Sequence record: OU343168.1
Reading direction: 5' to 3' (one strand)
Length of the DNA stretch: 64,000 nucleotides
Shown here: one piece after another, positions 1 through 10,793 of the stretch
Layout of the letters: each line of letters opens with the position of its first letter
Numbering within the stretch: the stretch's first letter is position 1
Notes under the pieces: generated by a model
The model's database searches: none
What the model was told of the DNA's origin: nothing
The model's input: the letters and a program-made list of their open reading frames with translations, nothing else
Program-made: the position numbers and the translations under genes

Positions 1-87
1 ATTTTAACTTGCATGTTCTTTGAGGTCTATATCACCAGGGTGAATAAGGCATTGGTTTCCTTAGTCAATTAAAGGAGGATATGCTCT

Positions 88-624
88 ATGCTGGCGATAC
101 TAGACGAAAGTCTTGAGTTGGCTAAACGTTTCGAAAACGTGATAGCCCGCATAGATAACTCAATGGCTTTTGATCCTGAATGGAGGAGCTTAGGGAATAT
201 GTACGAGGGTGCTGTAGGACTTCAACTCCCAGTGGGTAAAGTCTTTAAAGCACTGGATACTAAAACAGGTCGTCGTCTTATTTTGATCGGTACGGACTGC
301 GGTACTGTGGTGATCTTTGAACATAACGGTCGTGACAAGGCAGGATCTAAGTTTGCCTTGGCGTATAACGCTGACCCTGCCTTAGACTTTATGTTGGGAG
401 GAAGTCGGCTCTCAATCGCCCAATTTAGTCTGGCGATTACGGATTATGATATCGAAGAGAACATCGGTATCAGTCTCCGTCGCTTGATTCAACAGGTGAA
501 CCGGAGCACGCAGGATAAGAACAAGGAAGAGAAGATCATAAAAACCCCAAAGGGAATACCCCCGTCTAAAGTACTGTCAGGGTTCTTTGGTTGGGGGGAG
601 TCTGCTCAACACCTAAACGAATGA
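88..624 (+). CDS. hypothetical protein (178 aa)
   Basis: ORF with AAGGAGG RBS upstream; no family recognised. Confidence 0.75.
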   Translation: MLAILDESLELAKRFENVIARIDNSMAFDPEWRSLGNMYEGAVGLQLPVGKVFKALDTKTGRRLILIGTDCGTVVIFEHNGRDKAGSKFALAYNADPALDFMLGGSRLSIAQFSLAITDYDIEENIGISLRRLIQQVNRSTQDKNKEEKIIKTPKGIPPSKVLSGFFGWGESAQHLNE

Positions 625-671
625 AACCCAACATCCACAAGGATGTACTTTCGCACACATGAGGATACTCC

Positions 672-1127
672 ATGAAAACGTTTTTCCTGTCTATTTCAAC
701 CGTCTTCACTTTCCTGTTCTTGCAACTGGCCAATGCGGCGGGTAATGAAGAAATCATGTTCAACTGCACCTTGAAGGACGGCGCTGAGGTCAAGCTGACC
801 CAGATTCCTCAAGGTGACCTGTGGACCCTGACCATCGGGTACCCGGATAAAGTCCAGGTCAGTTTTACTAAGCCTGGGAATGACATGGGTAGACAGTTCT
901 CCTACCACCGCGAAAGCAATCTCGCTACCCGTGAAGTCTTCATGACCAACCCGACGGGTAACTGGTTCTATACCCTCGGAGTGGATGATAACGGTAAGGC
1001 TAAAAGCGGTTATATCCAAGTTATGAACAGCGGAACAGAAACAGCCTACGAACATTGTGTGACGGGAAGCCTTCGTGAGCAGTTCGAAAAAGAAGGCGCC
1101 TTTGTTAACATGACGGTCGTAGATTGA
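672..1127 (+). CDS. secreted/periplasmic protein, possibly ACP/PliI-like lysozyme-inhibitor fold
   Basis: GAGGA RBS; signal peptide MKTFFLSISTVFTFLFLQLANAA; two Cys, one near each end of the mature chain; family call is pattern inference only. Confidence 0.6.
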   Translation: MKTFFLSISTVFTFLFLQLANAAGNEEIMFNCTLKDGAEVKLTQIPQGDLWTLTIGYPDKVQVSFTKPGNDMGRQFSYHRESNLATREVFMTNPTGNWFYTLGVDDNGKAKSGYIQVMNSGTETAYEHCVTGSLREQFEKEGAFVNMTVVD

Positions 1128-1134
1128 ACCTGTT

Positions 1135-1158
1135 GGGGGAGTGAGCGTTCGCTCCCCC
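1135..1158 (+). terminator. rho-independent terminator
   Basis: GGGGGA...TCCCCC stem followed by T-rich tract. Confidence 0.6.
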
Positions 1159-1199
1159 TGTTCTAATCTTTATTTTTTTTTCTAGAAGGGATACCACCA

Positions 1200-1880
1200 A
1201 TGGAAGCCGATGCGAAAACCCTTGGAGAAATCAAATTACTGTCTGACATCAAACTTATCCTAGACGGTAGAATTCCCACGGATTTAGTATACAAGGTCTT
1301 TAACCACTTGAAACATAATCATCAGGATGGGTATGACCACTACTACTTGCTGGATTCCCTCAAAGTCGCTAAGCGTCTAATAGACCATCAGGATAATCTA
1401 ACAGAACATGATGTTTTGCTTATCTACACGATTATCCTGTTACTTGAGACGGGTCGTCCTATTACGAAACGTCATCCCTATGAAGTCTCTCCAGGAGTAG
1501 GGTGGATGTTTCTTCGGTATTATGCGGACGGGATCTTTACACCTGAGGACGAACGTTTCATTTCACAATCCTGTCGGCCGATCAAGGCAGATACTATTCG
1601 AATGTCTTCCTACACCTTCGTTGAGCTGGTCATTCACACCACTAAGCGCTTAACGGATGTCGTCAATCAGAAGTATCAAAAGCTGTACGACGAGTTTGCT
1701 GTACTCACCGGATTATCCCCTTGCTCTAAGAAATTGAATAAGGCCTTTTTGGAGGAATATGGTCCTAAAGGTAATCTATGGGATGGGTTCACCGCTTCAA
1801 CTAAGGATATTTTTGCTTTAGAAATATCCAACTTCAAGAAGAAAGTCGGTCCATTCGTGGACGAACTTAACGTTCAATGA
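1200..1880 (+). CDS. HD-domain-like protein, apparently degenerate
   Basis: helical protein with LLLETGR at the position of the LLHDIGK motif. Confidence 0.5.
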   Translation: MEADAKTLGEIKLLSDIKLILDGRIPTDLVYKVFNHLKHNHQDGYDHYYLLDSLKVAKRLIDHQDNLTEHDVLLIYTIILLLETGRPITKRHPYEVSPGVGWMFLRYYADGIFTPEDERFISQSCRPIKADTIRMSSYTFVELVIHTTKRLTDVVNQKYQKLYDEFAVLTGLSPCSKKLNKAFLEEYGPKGNLWDGFTASTKDIFALEISNFKKKVGPFVDELNVQ

Positions 1881-1892
1881 GAGGGTTAACCA

Positions 1893-2297
1893 ATGTACAA
1901 CGTTATCGCAAATGCGGTGCTTCTGACCACATATGCTGTAATCGTGCTGCTAGTTGTTCAGCGCTATCTAGAAGCTAAGGGTATGCGTTACTCCATTAAG
2001 CGAATAGAGAACGGTCGTATTTTTAGCTTCTCGTTAGGAGTATACGGAGGGAAGATACGGATCTTGCATTCTCCGGACTGTACAGACCCAATCTTCAAAC
2101 GTCGTTATGATGGATGGGAAGTGACCTTTCCTGAACACTTTACGGAAGAGCAGATGGACCATTACATCATGCACCACGAACCCTTTGGGGAACACAATGC
2201 GTCTCATTCGAAGGATTTTGTTGTCTTCAGAGAAGTCATGATTCGCAAGAACAATGAGGTTTCGTGCGTAGATGGGAATATCTTCTGCCAAGCGTAA
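1893..2297 (+). CDS. hypothetical protein with N-terminal membrane anchor
   Basis: GAGAGG RBS; hydrophobic residues 4-23. Confidence 0.7.
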   Translation: MYNVIANAVLLTTYAVIVLLVVQRYLEAKGMRYSIKRIENGRIFSFSLGVYGGKIRILHSPDCTDPIFKRRYDGWEVTFPEHFTEEQMDHYIMHHEPFGEHNASHSKDFVVFREVMIRKNNEVSCVDGNIFCQA

Positions 2298-2310
2298 TGA
2301 ACCCATACAG

Positions 2311-2344
2311 TACCCTCCCTACCCCGCAAAGGGTAGGGAGGGTA
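2311..2344. terminator. bidirectional terminator
   Basis: TACCCTCCCTACC / GGTAGGGAGGGTA inverted repeat between convergent genes. Confidence 0.75.
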
Positions 2345-2363
2345 TGCAGTACACCTTTTTTGT

Positions 2364-3272
2364 TTAACCCATGTACAACTGACCGGCAGTGCCGTCCACT
2401 TGGGCTTTCTGATCGATCATCCGTTCGATGGTACCGGATGGCGACGAGGTGACAGCCGCAGAACGCTGTTTGAAGCCCGGAGGGGCAGCAATGGCATCCG
2501 GGTTGTACAGCGGAAGGAGTTTCAACATCTGACGAGCAATCTGTTTCACAGCCAGGGTGTCGAATTCCACCAAACCGGTGAACTCCATGGTGATCTGACG
2601 GATTGCGCCTTCTTCGCTCTTGTTACGTTTGATTTCAATCGGAACAGAGGTACGGGGCATCATACCAACCACCAAGGCAGCGTGAGCAATGTCCTTCATG
2701 GTGTGGGTGGGTTCGAAGTAGATGCACGAGACCGATACTTCATCGATCAGCATGTCACCCGGATTATCCAGGATGACAATCTTGGCGTTCAGGACTTCCG
2801 AATCCATGACCAGCCATTGTTGCCAGACCTTGAACATCTTGGTGAACACTTCACCGATGCAATCGTAACCAGTATGCGTGACTTGACCCATCGAACGGGT
2901 AGCGCCCGACGGAATGGAGAGTACGTGACCCGTCCATTCCATTTGGGCGAACTGAACTTCAGTCATGTCACGGAGACCTTCGAACGACTGAGAACGGTTT
3001 TCAAACCACGCCTTACACAGCGAATGCAACGCAGTGCCACCCGGCAGTCGGGAGAAGGCAGCAGGAGTCGAGAGGACAATACACCACCCCAGTTGACTGA
3101 CGTGAGGTTGTGCGCTGACATACTCGAAGACGTTACCAGCCCAACCGTACATACCCCCGAATTGGGCGTTAATAACCGGACGGTTTTGCAGGTCCAGAGC
3201 CCGTACGAAGGGATCGGACTTCGGGAGTAGGGTCGTACTGGACCGATGAGGGAAGTTCGTTTCATTAGCCAT
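2364..3272 (-). CDS. tail tube protein (phiKZ gp30-like)
   Basis: 302 aa, directly downstream of the sheath gene; size and order match phiKZ-like tails. Confidence 0.75.
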   Translation of the reverse strand: MANETNFPHRSSTTLLPKSDPFVRALDLQNRPVINAQFGGMYGWAGNVFEYVSAQPHVSQLGWCIVLSTPAAFSRLPGGTALHSLCKAWFENRSQSFEGLRDMTEVQFAQMEWTGHVLSIPSGATRSMGQVTHTGYDCIGEVFTKMFKVWQQWLVMDSEVLNAKIVILDNPGDMLIDEVSVSCIYFEPTHTMKDIAHAALVVGMMPRTSVPIEIKRNKSEEGAIRQITMEFTGLVEFDTLAVKQIARQMLKLLPLYNPDAIAAPPGFKQRSAAVTSSPSGTIERMIDQKAQVDGTAGQLYMG

Positions 3273-3282
3273 CTTTCATTCC

Positions 3283-5451
3283 TCAGGCCGCAGTAGTGGC
3301 CAGATCCTGTTGGTTGTAAGCGTAGAGATCGAATTCCATCATGTACTTGGCTTTGTTAAACCAAGCGTGGAGAATCACACGCAGTTTCGCACGGGATCCG
3401 AGCGTTCCAGTTTCGTAGAACGTTTCTGCGACGATGTTGGAGACTTCACCCCCTACTGCGTTACGGCACGCGCTCTCGATCTCGTCTTTCATGATGGAGG
3501 CGTAGTTATCTGCGGTGATGGTACGGTCACCACAAACGATGCGCCATTGATCCGCGGAGATCTTCTCCATCGCCACGCACAGGAACGGGTTAGCCAGGTC
3601 CTTGAGGACCGAGTCGGGGTTCGGGTGAATGGTGGGGAGGCCCGGACGGTACGTTTGAACGTTCCAGTCCCAAGGCTTCAGGGAGATATGGCCGTTGCTG
3701 AAGTTCTCAGCCGCCACTTCATCTTCTTCGAAGACGATGTTGGGGGAGTGCATCAGACGGAGTTTACGGTTATCCGCATGATCCGGTGCGTTCGGAGTGA
3801 CGATCAAACCGTCGATGTTACCTGCCCATAGCGCAAAGGCATAGGCCAGGTCGATGTTACCCGAGAAGTACCAGCCGGTCGGTTCATCGGTGACTTTCGC
3901 TTCGATGAGGTTCACAGCTGCACGGCAGGCTGGGGTACCCCACTTCTCAGACTCGACCGTCATGCGCAGTCGATTGGTGATCATTGCAGCCCGAGAATAG
4001 ATCTCTTCGAGACTGTTCTTCTCACCCGGTCTCCAGACACAGGCGTCTGCCACAACCAGAATGTCCTTACGGGCACCCAGGAACTGTTCGGCGATATCTT
4101 TTACTTCTTGGGAATAACCAATATCCCAGAAGATCGATTGACGGTTACGGGTGGTGTCTTTCATTTCCACACCATTCACGTAACTGGTCAGATCCGCCAC
4201 CATCAGTTTGTTGGTGATTTCCCACGCCTGAAGGTGAGTGAGAGGACGCTCGGTGTTAGTCAGCAGACCAAAGGGATCGTTGACTGTCGGCTTGGTAACG
4301 TAATCAGGTACCTTACCGTCCTTATCCAGGAACGGCGAAATACCGCCCGAGGATTTAATAGCGCCGCTCAGGTCCCACTTGATAACACCCGAGGTGGTGA
4401 TGGCGTAGTAAGGCGCGCCGTTGTGGTTGGTGCAGGTGAACGGGTTCATCTGCTTGTAGTACTCACCGGGAACACCGACTTCTACCAGGGTATCATTTTC
4501 CGGCTGTTCCACCACATACATCATCTGACACAGGGTGTCGATGTTGTCCTGGTAAACGACCAGGTCGTTGAACGGAGCCGGAACCGGGTTACCCGGGGCG
4601 TTCTTGTTACGACCAGTAAAGGAGCCGAAACCCGTTTGCAGGCTGTACTGAACGCCGTTGAGGGACACCGGGAACAGGGTGAACTTGGCACTTTCCTGTT
4701 GGAGGGTGGTTTTCGAATACACACGAGTCCCATCGACTCCATCGGTGAACTGACGGAGGTCGTAAGGGAAAGTCCCCGTGGACCGAACGAATTCGGAAAT
4801 GGAACGCCAATTCAGCGCGTCCGCACGGACACCCAGGTTAAGGCCCGACTTGTTGTATTCGTCACCGACACCAGCCACCCCTTCGAACAGGGGGAGTACC
4901 AGGGTTTCAGGGGTATCACCACTGGCGGCGATGGTGCGGACTTCGAGCGCGCCGGGTTCTTTACCCGCTGCGGCATCATCGATTTTGATTTCGATGTTCA
5001 GACCGTTCGGGTAGGTTTTACCCGGGATCGGAATACGCTCGCCGTTTTCGTTATACTTCCAACGGCCGTTGGCATCTCGTTCGTAGGCCTGAACTTCCAC
5101 TTTCTGAACAAACGCAGAGAGCGAGGCTTTCGAGACCACTTCGTTGACCGAGAGGCGGCGAATGCCGATGGTATTCTGGCGACCCAGGGCGAGCGCCTGG
5201 ATCAGGACCGACGTTGGGCCGTAGTAGGGCGACTTCTCGTCGAAAATGTCACCAAAGATCTTTTTGACGTCTTGGGGGGCTACCCATTGGGTGCCTGCTT
5301 TAGACGCCAGTTTTCCTTTGGGGAAGATACCGTGGATAACAGGAAGGTGGAGCGGGGTGGTTGGCGGGGACGTGTCATATTCTGGAATAGAGTTGTCCCG
5401 AATCCCACTAATGTCCACCTTTCCAGGGACGATTCTGTTGAAAACAGTCAT
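3283..5451 (-). CDS. contractile tail sheath protein (phiKZ gp29-like)
   Basis: start reassigned to ATG 5451 (MTVFNRIVPGK, GAGG RBS); 722 aa; sheath-like C-terminal domain; synteny with tube and terminase. Confidence 0.8.
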   Translation of the reverse strand: MTVFNRIVPGKVDISGIRDNSIPEYDTSPPTTPLHLPVIHGIFPKGKLASKAGTQWVAPQDVKKIFGDIFDEKSPYYGPTSVLIQALALGRQNTIGIRRLSVNEVVSKASLSAFVQKVEVQAYERDANGRWKYNENGERIPIPGKTYPNGLNIEIKIDDAAAGKEPGALEVRTIAASGDTPETLVLPLFEGVAGVGDEYNKSGLNLGVRADALNWRSISEFVRSTGTFPYDLRQFTDGVDGTRVYSKTTLQQESAKFTLFPVSLNGVQYSLQTGFGSFTGRNKNAPGNPVPAPFNDLVVYQDNIDTLCQMMYVVEQPENDTLVEVGVPGEYYKQMNPFTCTNHNGAPYYAITTSGVIKWDLSGAIKSSGGISPFLDKDGKVPDYVTKPTVNDPFGLLTNTERPLTHLQAWEITNKLMVADLTSYVNGVEMKDTTRNRQSIFWDIGYSQEVKDIAEQFLGARKDILVVADACVWRPGEKNSLEEIYSRAAMITNRLRMTVESEKWGTPACRAAVNLIEAKVTDEPTGWYFSGNIDLAYAFALWAGNIDGLIVTPNAPDHADNRKLRLMHSPNIVFEEDEVAAENFSNGHISLKPWDWNVQTYRPGLPTIHPNPDSVLKDLANPFLCVAMEKISADQWRIVCGDRTITADNYASIMKDEIESACRNAVGGEVSNIVAETFYETGTLGSRAKLRVILHAWFNKAKYMMEFDLYAYNQQDLATTAA

Positions 5452-5560
5452 GGCAACCTCGTGGGGGAAAAGTTTGAAGCAATCGTATGAACCCATTTTC
5501 AGGGCCGTACAGTGTAATAAGGCACTGTCACATAACATGTTATTTTAAGGAATATCTACC

Positions 5561-6439
5561 ATGCTGATCAATGCCTATGACACCACGGTCGGTAAAGTGA
5601 TCCGGGCGTCTCACCACGTGGACGAAGTCATTAAAACCCTTCATCTGACCAATAATCTGTCTCCCACTAAGAAAGACAAGGTGTACGTTATTACGCACGC
5701 CACCAGCGTTCCATTTTCAACCATTGCTTTTCCGATTACCTTGCAGACCCATACCCGCCAAACCATTACGGTGTATGACGAACGTCCGTACCGGGATAAA
5801 CAGAACCGAGTCACGAACCAGAATGACCTGACCATTATGCGACTGGCGGCGTTTCTACAGCAGGATGTTGCCGAGTTGAACTTCAGCCCGGTTAAGCTGA
5901 GTCGCAATATGGTAACCAAAGCCTTTAGTGACGCGTTAACCCAACGGTTAACGATGCGGGGTGGTTTGGATATCGTAGAGTCTTCGACCCTGAAGGTGTT
6001 GATTGGGTATTATGTGGTTAGTCTTCAAGAGAACCCGAACAACGACCTGGTCTTTGTGGTTGAGAATGTCCTTCGTAATGTGTACGGGATGGAGAAAGAC
6101 TTTGTATTGGGGGTCATTGCTGATCTCCCTCATCTGAGTAAGCTGGAAGACCTCCTCAGTGAGATTCGTAAGAATCCTGTGTTGTATAAACTCAAAGGGA
6201 TGGGTCTTAAGGACTTCATTGCTGTGGTGGGTGGATTGGCCTTTACGGGGCTGGGGAAACAGGTCTTTGAAGCTGCGTCTGAAGCACCTTGCTTGTTGAC
6301 GGCCTTTGTCTATGGTGCAGCACGTTTCAGGGCGCTGAATAAAACACCGCTGGGTATGGCATTGGATCCTAAATACAACAAAGGGATCCTGGATACCTTC
6401 CTTAAGAACATCGATTACACGTATGATCTCAACGGGTAA
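5561..6439 (+). CDS. virion structural protein (phiKZ gp28-like by position)
   Basis: AAGGA RBS; position in the sheath-terminase block. Confidence 0.6.
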   Translation: MLINAYDTTVGKVIRASHHVDEVIKTLHLTNNLSPTKKDKVYVITHATSVPFSTIAFPITLQTHTRQTITVYDERPYRDKQNRVTNQNDLTIMRLAAFLQQDVAELNFSPVKLSRNMVTKAFSDALTQRLTMRGGLDIVESSTLKVLIGYYVVSLQENPNNDLVFVVENVLRNVYGMEKDFVLGVIADLPHLSKLEDLLSEIRKNPVLYKLKGMGLKDFIAVVGGLAFTGLGKQVFEAASEAPCLLTAFVYGAARFRALNKTPLGMALDPKYNKGILDTFLKNIDYTYDLNG

Positions 6440-6444
6440 CAGTT

Positions 6445-9057
6445 ATGACCATGAAAGGGTTTGATACGGATAACCCATTGCTGGCCTACGCGACAGACCA
6501 CCTGTGGGGTAACCCGGAAGAGAATAACCAGTACCAGGTGCGTACAGTACGGCTCAGTGATTACTACGGAGATGTGGACAACTTCTCCTTTATGGGCAAA
6601 TGGCGGAGTTTGCCTAAGCGGGATACGTTCTATTACGTCTTTTCTGTAGGGGGGTTGGATGCAGGCTATTGGAACTTCCATACCAACTTACTGAAACGGA
6701 ATCCCTTAGACCGGTGGATGAACCTGGCCGAGCTGTGTAAACGCCGGGGTGTTCAGCTGGATATCTACAACACCAAAGGGTACCAGTACAGCCGGAATAA
6801 AGCCTGGGTCATGATGACGTACGATAAGCTCACGTTTATTGCCCTGGAGAAGTACAATACTTACCCCATGCCAACGGGTCAGGAAATGTTCTTTCGATGC
6901 TACACCGCTTCCAGTGACGTGGCGAAGAATGAACAAACCGCGAATGCTGCCAGTAACCCGTACGTCTATGAAACCATGGTGTACGAGAGTCAGGCTGAAC
7001 TGGCGGTCTTTAATAACCGGTATTTAGCCTGTAAAGCCAAGCCCGGGTTTACCGGTGTAACAGTGAATGGGGTCTATTGGCACGGTAATCCAGGGTCGAT
7101 TCCTAACTTGGTCTTAGGGGATGTAGTGGAGTTCTTCCACGACCCCACCGTGATCCGTACGGAGCTGTACGCGTACAACACCCTACAAGACTTCTATTCC
7201 ACCTTGGATAAGAAACGGAAACTGATCCTGCATCCTCCTAAACGCCCAGGGGACTTTACCCTTCGGTATTTTGATGACAACGATTACTACCTGTTGGGTA
7301 AAGGGTCGACAGGTCTGTATTTCCATCGGAATGCGGTGAGTACGATTCGTCAGTTGACCCATGTGGATGTTGCCATCGCGGATGACCAGATCCAAGCCGC
7401 CAGTAATTACCACAAGGACCTCAGTGAGGTGAAGGATATTCGTATCCTGGTATTGGTTCGTAAAACGGATTGGGAATACCCTTGGCCGCATGATAATCAA
7501 CGGATCCGTTACCTCTACCGGATGACTGATGAAAACATCCTTAAAGCCATGACAGGTGATCGAGCAACGGTGCCGGAGTGGACCGCTCCTAATCTGGAAG
7601 CTGGGGTGGTGATGAGTTTTACCCGGAGTCAAATGAAAGCGTTGACCGTAGAGGGTGCTCGTAAAGCGGTGGGGTACAATGCGGCAACTCGGGTCCTCAG
7701 TGAAACCCCCCTTAAAGCGGTTTACGAGGCGGGTGGTCGAGGGGTTGAGATCCCCATCAGTTACCGGGTCAGTTGTACCGCTTGGGAACATGATGAGAAC
7801 GGGTGCCTGTTGGAATACCACAATGTCAACAATATTCGGTACTACGCACCTCGGAATCCGAAGTGTCAACTCGTTGAGTTCACCTGTGGTCAATACGGGC
7901 GAACATTGGACTATGTGGTAACCAATACCGATCTACCCTTAGACCCCTTTAATGGGTTCAGGGTGTACACTGCTCACTTCAACGTGGATCGAGGTGAAAT
8001 CACCGGTGCGTTAACGGATGTCACTGGGGATAAGAAGATCTACGAGGTGGTTAATGAGGTCTTAGTCTGGAAAGGATTGGATCCCGTTAACCAACGTGGG
8101 GTAGTGGTCTTCAATACCCGGACCTTGGCCTATGGGTTTGAACTGGACCACATTGATCACAGCTTGAGCTTTGCCATTACCCACATCTATGAACCGGGTG
8201 GATTGGCGGTGCCTCTGATTCCTGCTCAAATCGATATTTGGATGAACGGTCATCCATTGATTGATAATGTCGATTGGATCTTTGACAACGGGTACTGCTA
8301 CATCATCAACAAACAGTTCATCCGACCGGGTGCTCAACAGTTTGTGGTACGGTGCCATGACCTGTGGGAGGATAAGGAACGTCCTAAGGTAGAAACCGAA
8401 CTCGGGTTCGTGGACGGTGGGGTGATTGGACGGTTTAAACGGTATAACCTGAGGGAAGACCGGGTAACACGTACCGTCATTGGAGGTCGTTTGGTGGTAA
8501 CGGACGACGTGCCTACGGCCGAGCTGTCTTCTCCAGATAACCTCTGGAATCACCTCAATGGGTTACCGTACATGGTCAAACATGTCTTCCAACCCATTAA
8601 GTATGTCGTCCCCTATGACAACTTCCCAGGGTATAAAGAGAGTCGGGAGATTGATCAACGGGTGAGTGATTACTTAACGGAATACTGTCCTAAGCCGTTG
8701 GTGGATCCAGTGATACCGACCCTTCAGGATAAGTACCGGTTGTTCAGCCCCTTCCTGAATGTGGTGGTGAATGCGATTAAGAACCGGTTGTTGGTGGTTC
8801 CGAATCGGGTAGACGGTGAAGAGACGTACAGCCCTCAGTTCATTGAGGAACAGGTCAGTTCGTACAAGTGGTGGTTAAAGTACGACCCGGTGATCCGGGA
8901 ATACGACCTCCGCTATTTTGCCGTTATGCCCTACGCGAATGATGAACTGCTCTCGGTAACACCTAACCAGTTTGTCTTCATTAAGCAAGTGAACGACCTT
9001 TACTTGAAGTCTGTCTGTGTCATTGAAGGCCACTTTGAAGTAAGTAACAGTGACTAA
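6445..9057 (+). CDS. virion structural/baseplate protein (phiKZ gp27-like by position)
   Basis: 870 aa, co-transcribed; synteny. Confidence 0.6.
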   Translation: MTMKGFDTDNPLLAYATDHLWGNPEENNQYQVRTVRLSDYYGDVDNFSFMGKWRSLPKRDTFYYVFSVGGLDAGYWNFHTNLLKRNPLDRWMNLAELCKRRGVQLDIYNTKGYQYSRNKAWVMMTYDKLTFIALEKYNTYPMPTGQEMFFRCYTASSDVAKNEQTANAASNPYVYETMVYESQAELAVFNNRYLACKAKPGFTGVTVNGVYWHGNPGSIPNLVLGDVVEFFHDPTVIRTELYAYNTLQDFYSTLDKKRKLILHPPKRPGDFTLRYFDDNDYYLLGKGSTGLYFHRNAVSTIRQLTHVDVAIADDQIQAASNYHKDLSEVKDIRILVLVRKTDWEYPWPHDNQRIRYLYRMTDENILKAMTGDRATVPEWTAPNLEAGVVMSFTRSQMKALTVEGARKAVGYNAATRVLSETPLKAVYEAGGRGVEIPISYRVSCTAWEHDENGCLLEYHNVNNIRYYAPRNPKCQLVEFTCGQYGRTLDYVVTNTDLPLDPFNGFRVYTAHFNVDRGEITGALTDVTGDKKIYEVVNEVLVWKGLDPVNQRGVVVFNTRTLAYGFELDHIDHSLSFAITHIYEPGGLAVPLIPAQIDIWMNGHPLIDNVDWIFDNGYCYIINKQFIRPGAQQFVVRCHDLWEDKERPKVETELGFVDGGVIGRFKRYNLREDRVTRTVIGGRLVVTDDVPTAELSSPDNLWNHLNGLPYMVKHVFQPIKYVVPYDNFPGYKESREIDQRVSDYLTEYCPKPLVDPVIPTLQDKYRLFSPFLNVVVNAIKNRLLVVPNRVDGEETYSPQFIEEQVSSYKWWLKYDPVIREYDLRYFAVMPYANDELLSVTPNQFVFIKQVNDLYLKSVCVIEGHFEVSNSD

Positions 9058-9068
9058 AGGGGATATTC

Positions 9069-10793
9069 ATGTTTGACAACAAACCCAGCACGAGTGCTGA
9101 GCGAGCGGTAGCGGGTACTGATTTGGCTCCTGAGAATGACGGCCAACGGTACAGGATCCATTACCTGCCTGACATTTACGATCCGGACAAGCATCCGCCG
9201 GAGGACATTGTTAAGTACGTAGTCCCCCGGGAACGGGAATTGGTGATCGATGTACCCAATAAACAGTTCCTGGAGGTGATTCATGTGGATTACCAGGGGA
9301 AGACCTTGAAGTCTACCTTGGTTCCGTGGGAACCTCGGACAAGTGAGGATGGTACCACGACTGAACAAGACTGGATCTTCGGTCTACGAGGAGGTCCTCT
9401 GTTGGGTGAAGCCTTGCTGAGTGTGGACTACAGCCAACGACCTAACGTAGCGCGTGTTGACAGCACCATTATGCGACCCGGGGCAGCGTACGCTAAACTC
9501 TACCTCGGTAACGACGCCAGTGACAACGGTCGGATCATCAGCGCCCAGTACGACAAGTCGGCGAATATGATCAGCAACAAGGTACCTACCAAGTTGGCTG
9601 AGATCGTAGACCGTACGAACCTGGAGATTATGACCACGGGTCCTTTCAGTGTCACGGAGAACGAGGAGGCCCTGAAAGACGGTACGCGCTGTACGTTGGT
9701 GTTCTATGACGAGGGGGGTAACTTCATTCCCCCGGTTCAACCTGTAATGGTCCAACATTGCGCATACATGCGGGATCACCAGATTGGTACCAAGTATGTC
9801 ACGGAGATTGAACTGCTCACACCGTGGTTTACCAATACAGTCAATGCGGAGAAGATTATCATTCCGGTGAACGTATTGGTAACGGCTATTGAGTTCAGGG
9901 CGGTGATTCATTACTCGGATGGCAGTACCAGTGCGCCCATGCCGGTGAATGGTGAACGGTTCAACCTGTATGGGTTGAATGAATGGCGCCCCACCTGGCC
10001 GGGTCAAGAGGGTGAGATCATCCTGACCCTTAAACTGGCGGCGAATGAACAGCATTACATTGCCAAACCCGGGAGTCCCGATCACATCAGTCGAACCTAT
10101 TCGGTAGAAGCCGGTCCTGTTAAAGGCGCGTACTCGCCGAAGATCTACACCTTCCCGCAATGGGATCCGAGTATTTCGGGGTATCGACTCCAACATTGGC
10201 TGTTGGATCTGGATCGGAAAACGGCCATTGATGTGACCGCTCAAGTGAAGTTCAATGAGAAGAGTGAAGTCTGGCGGCCTTCTGCCTACGGGGTTGCTCA
10301 ATCGTTGATCTTTAACTTGAACCTGAGGGATGTATCGAGTCAGTACGAGAGTGTGATCTTCCGGCAGTACACCACCATTGTGTTGTATAAAGACATCAAT
10401 GGGCCGGGTAAACGCTTTGATGTGTCCTTCTCGCAGAATAAACCGTCGTACGAAGCGAAGTTCATTGTCGCTAAGAACGCCGGAGCTGCTACCACGGTCA
10501 ATGTGGCCAACGGGTACGGTAATCAAACGGATTGGCTGAAAGCGTTGTATTGGGGGGTCGAACCTAGCTTCAATCGGTTCGATGAAGAGAAAGCACCCTC
10601 CCCCACTCATTTCTACCTGGTTCATGAAGACGGGCGTTCCTGGCGGTATCCGATCTCGGATTGGAATAAGAACAATGCCATCAATATTGAACTTCAGAAG
10701 GGCAAGACCTGGTTCCTTCGTTGGGTGGAACGCCAAACGTCTGGTGATGAGAAGCAACTGGCCGTTACCGGTGTAACGGTTGAATTTCCTTAA
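9069..10793 (+). CDS. virion structural protein (phiKZ gp26-like by position)
   Basis: 574 aa beta-rich ORF; synteny. Confidence 0.6.
   Translation: MFDNKPSTSAERAVAGTDLAPENDGQRYRIHYLPDIYDPDKHPPEDIVKYVVPRERELVIDVPNKQFLEVIHVDYQGKTLKSTLVPWEPRTSEDGTTTEQDWIFGLRGGPLLGEALLSVDYSQRPNVARVDSTIMRPGAAYAKLYLGNDASDNGRIISAQYDKSANMISNKVPTKLAEIVDRTNLEIMTTGPFSVTENEEALKDGTRCTLVFYDEGGNFIPPVQPVMVQHCAYMRDHQIGTKYVTEIELLTPWFTNTVNAEKIIIPVNVLVTAIEFRAVIHYSDGSTSAPMPVNGERFNLYGLNEWRPTWPGQEGEIILTLKLAANEQHYIAKPGSPDHISRTYSVEAGPVKGAYSPKIYTFPQWDPSISGYRLQHWLLDLDRKTAIDVTAQVKFNEKSEVWRPSAYGVAQSLIFNLNLRDVSSQYESVIFRQYTTIVLYKDINGPGKRFDVSFSQNKPSYEAKFIVAKNAGAATTVNVANGYGNQTDWLKALYWGVEPSFNRFDEEKAPSPTHFYLVHEDGRSWRYPISDWNKNNAINIELQKGKTWFLRWVERQTSGDEKQLAVTGVTVEFP

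Noticed and set aside
4108-5490. 460-aa plus-strand ORF (also 2400-3230 and 3310-3831)
   Set aside because: Antisense shadows of the sheath and tube genes caused by codon bias; no motifs or RBS
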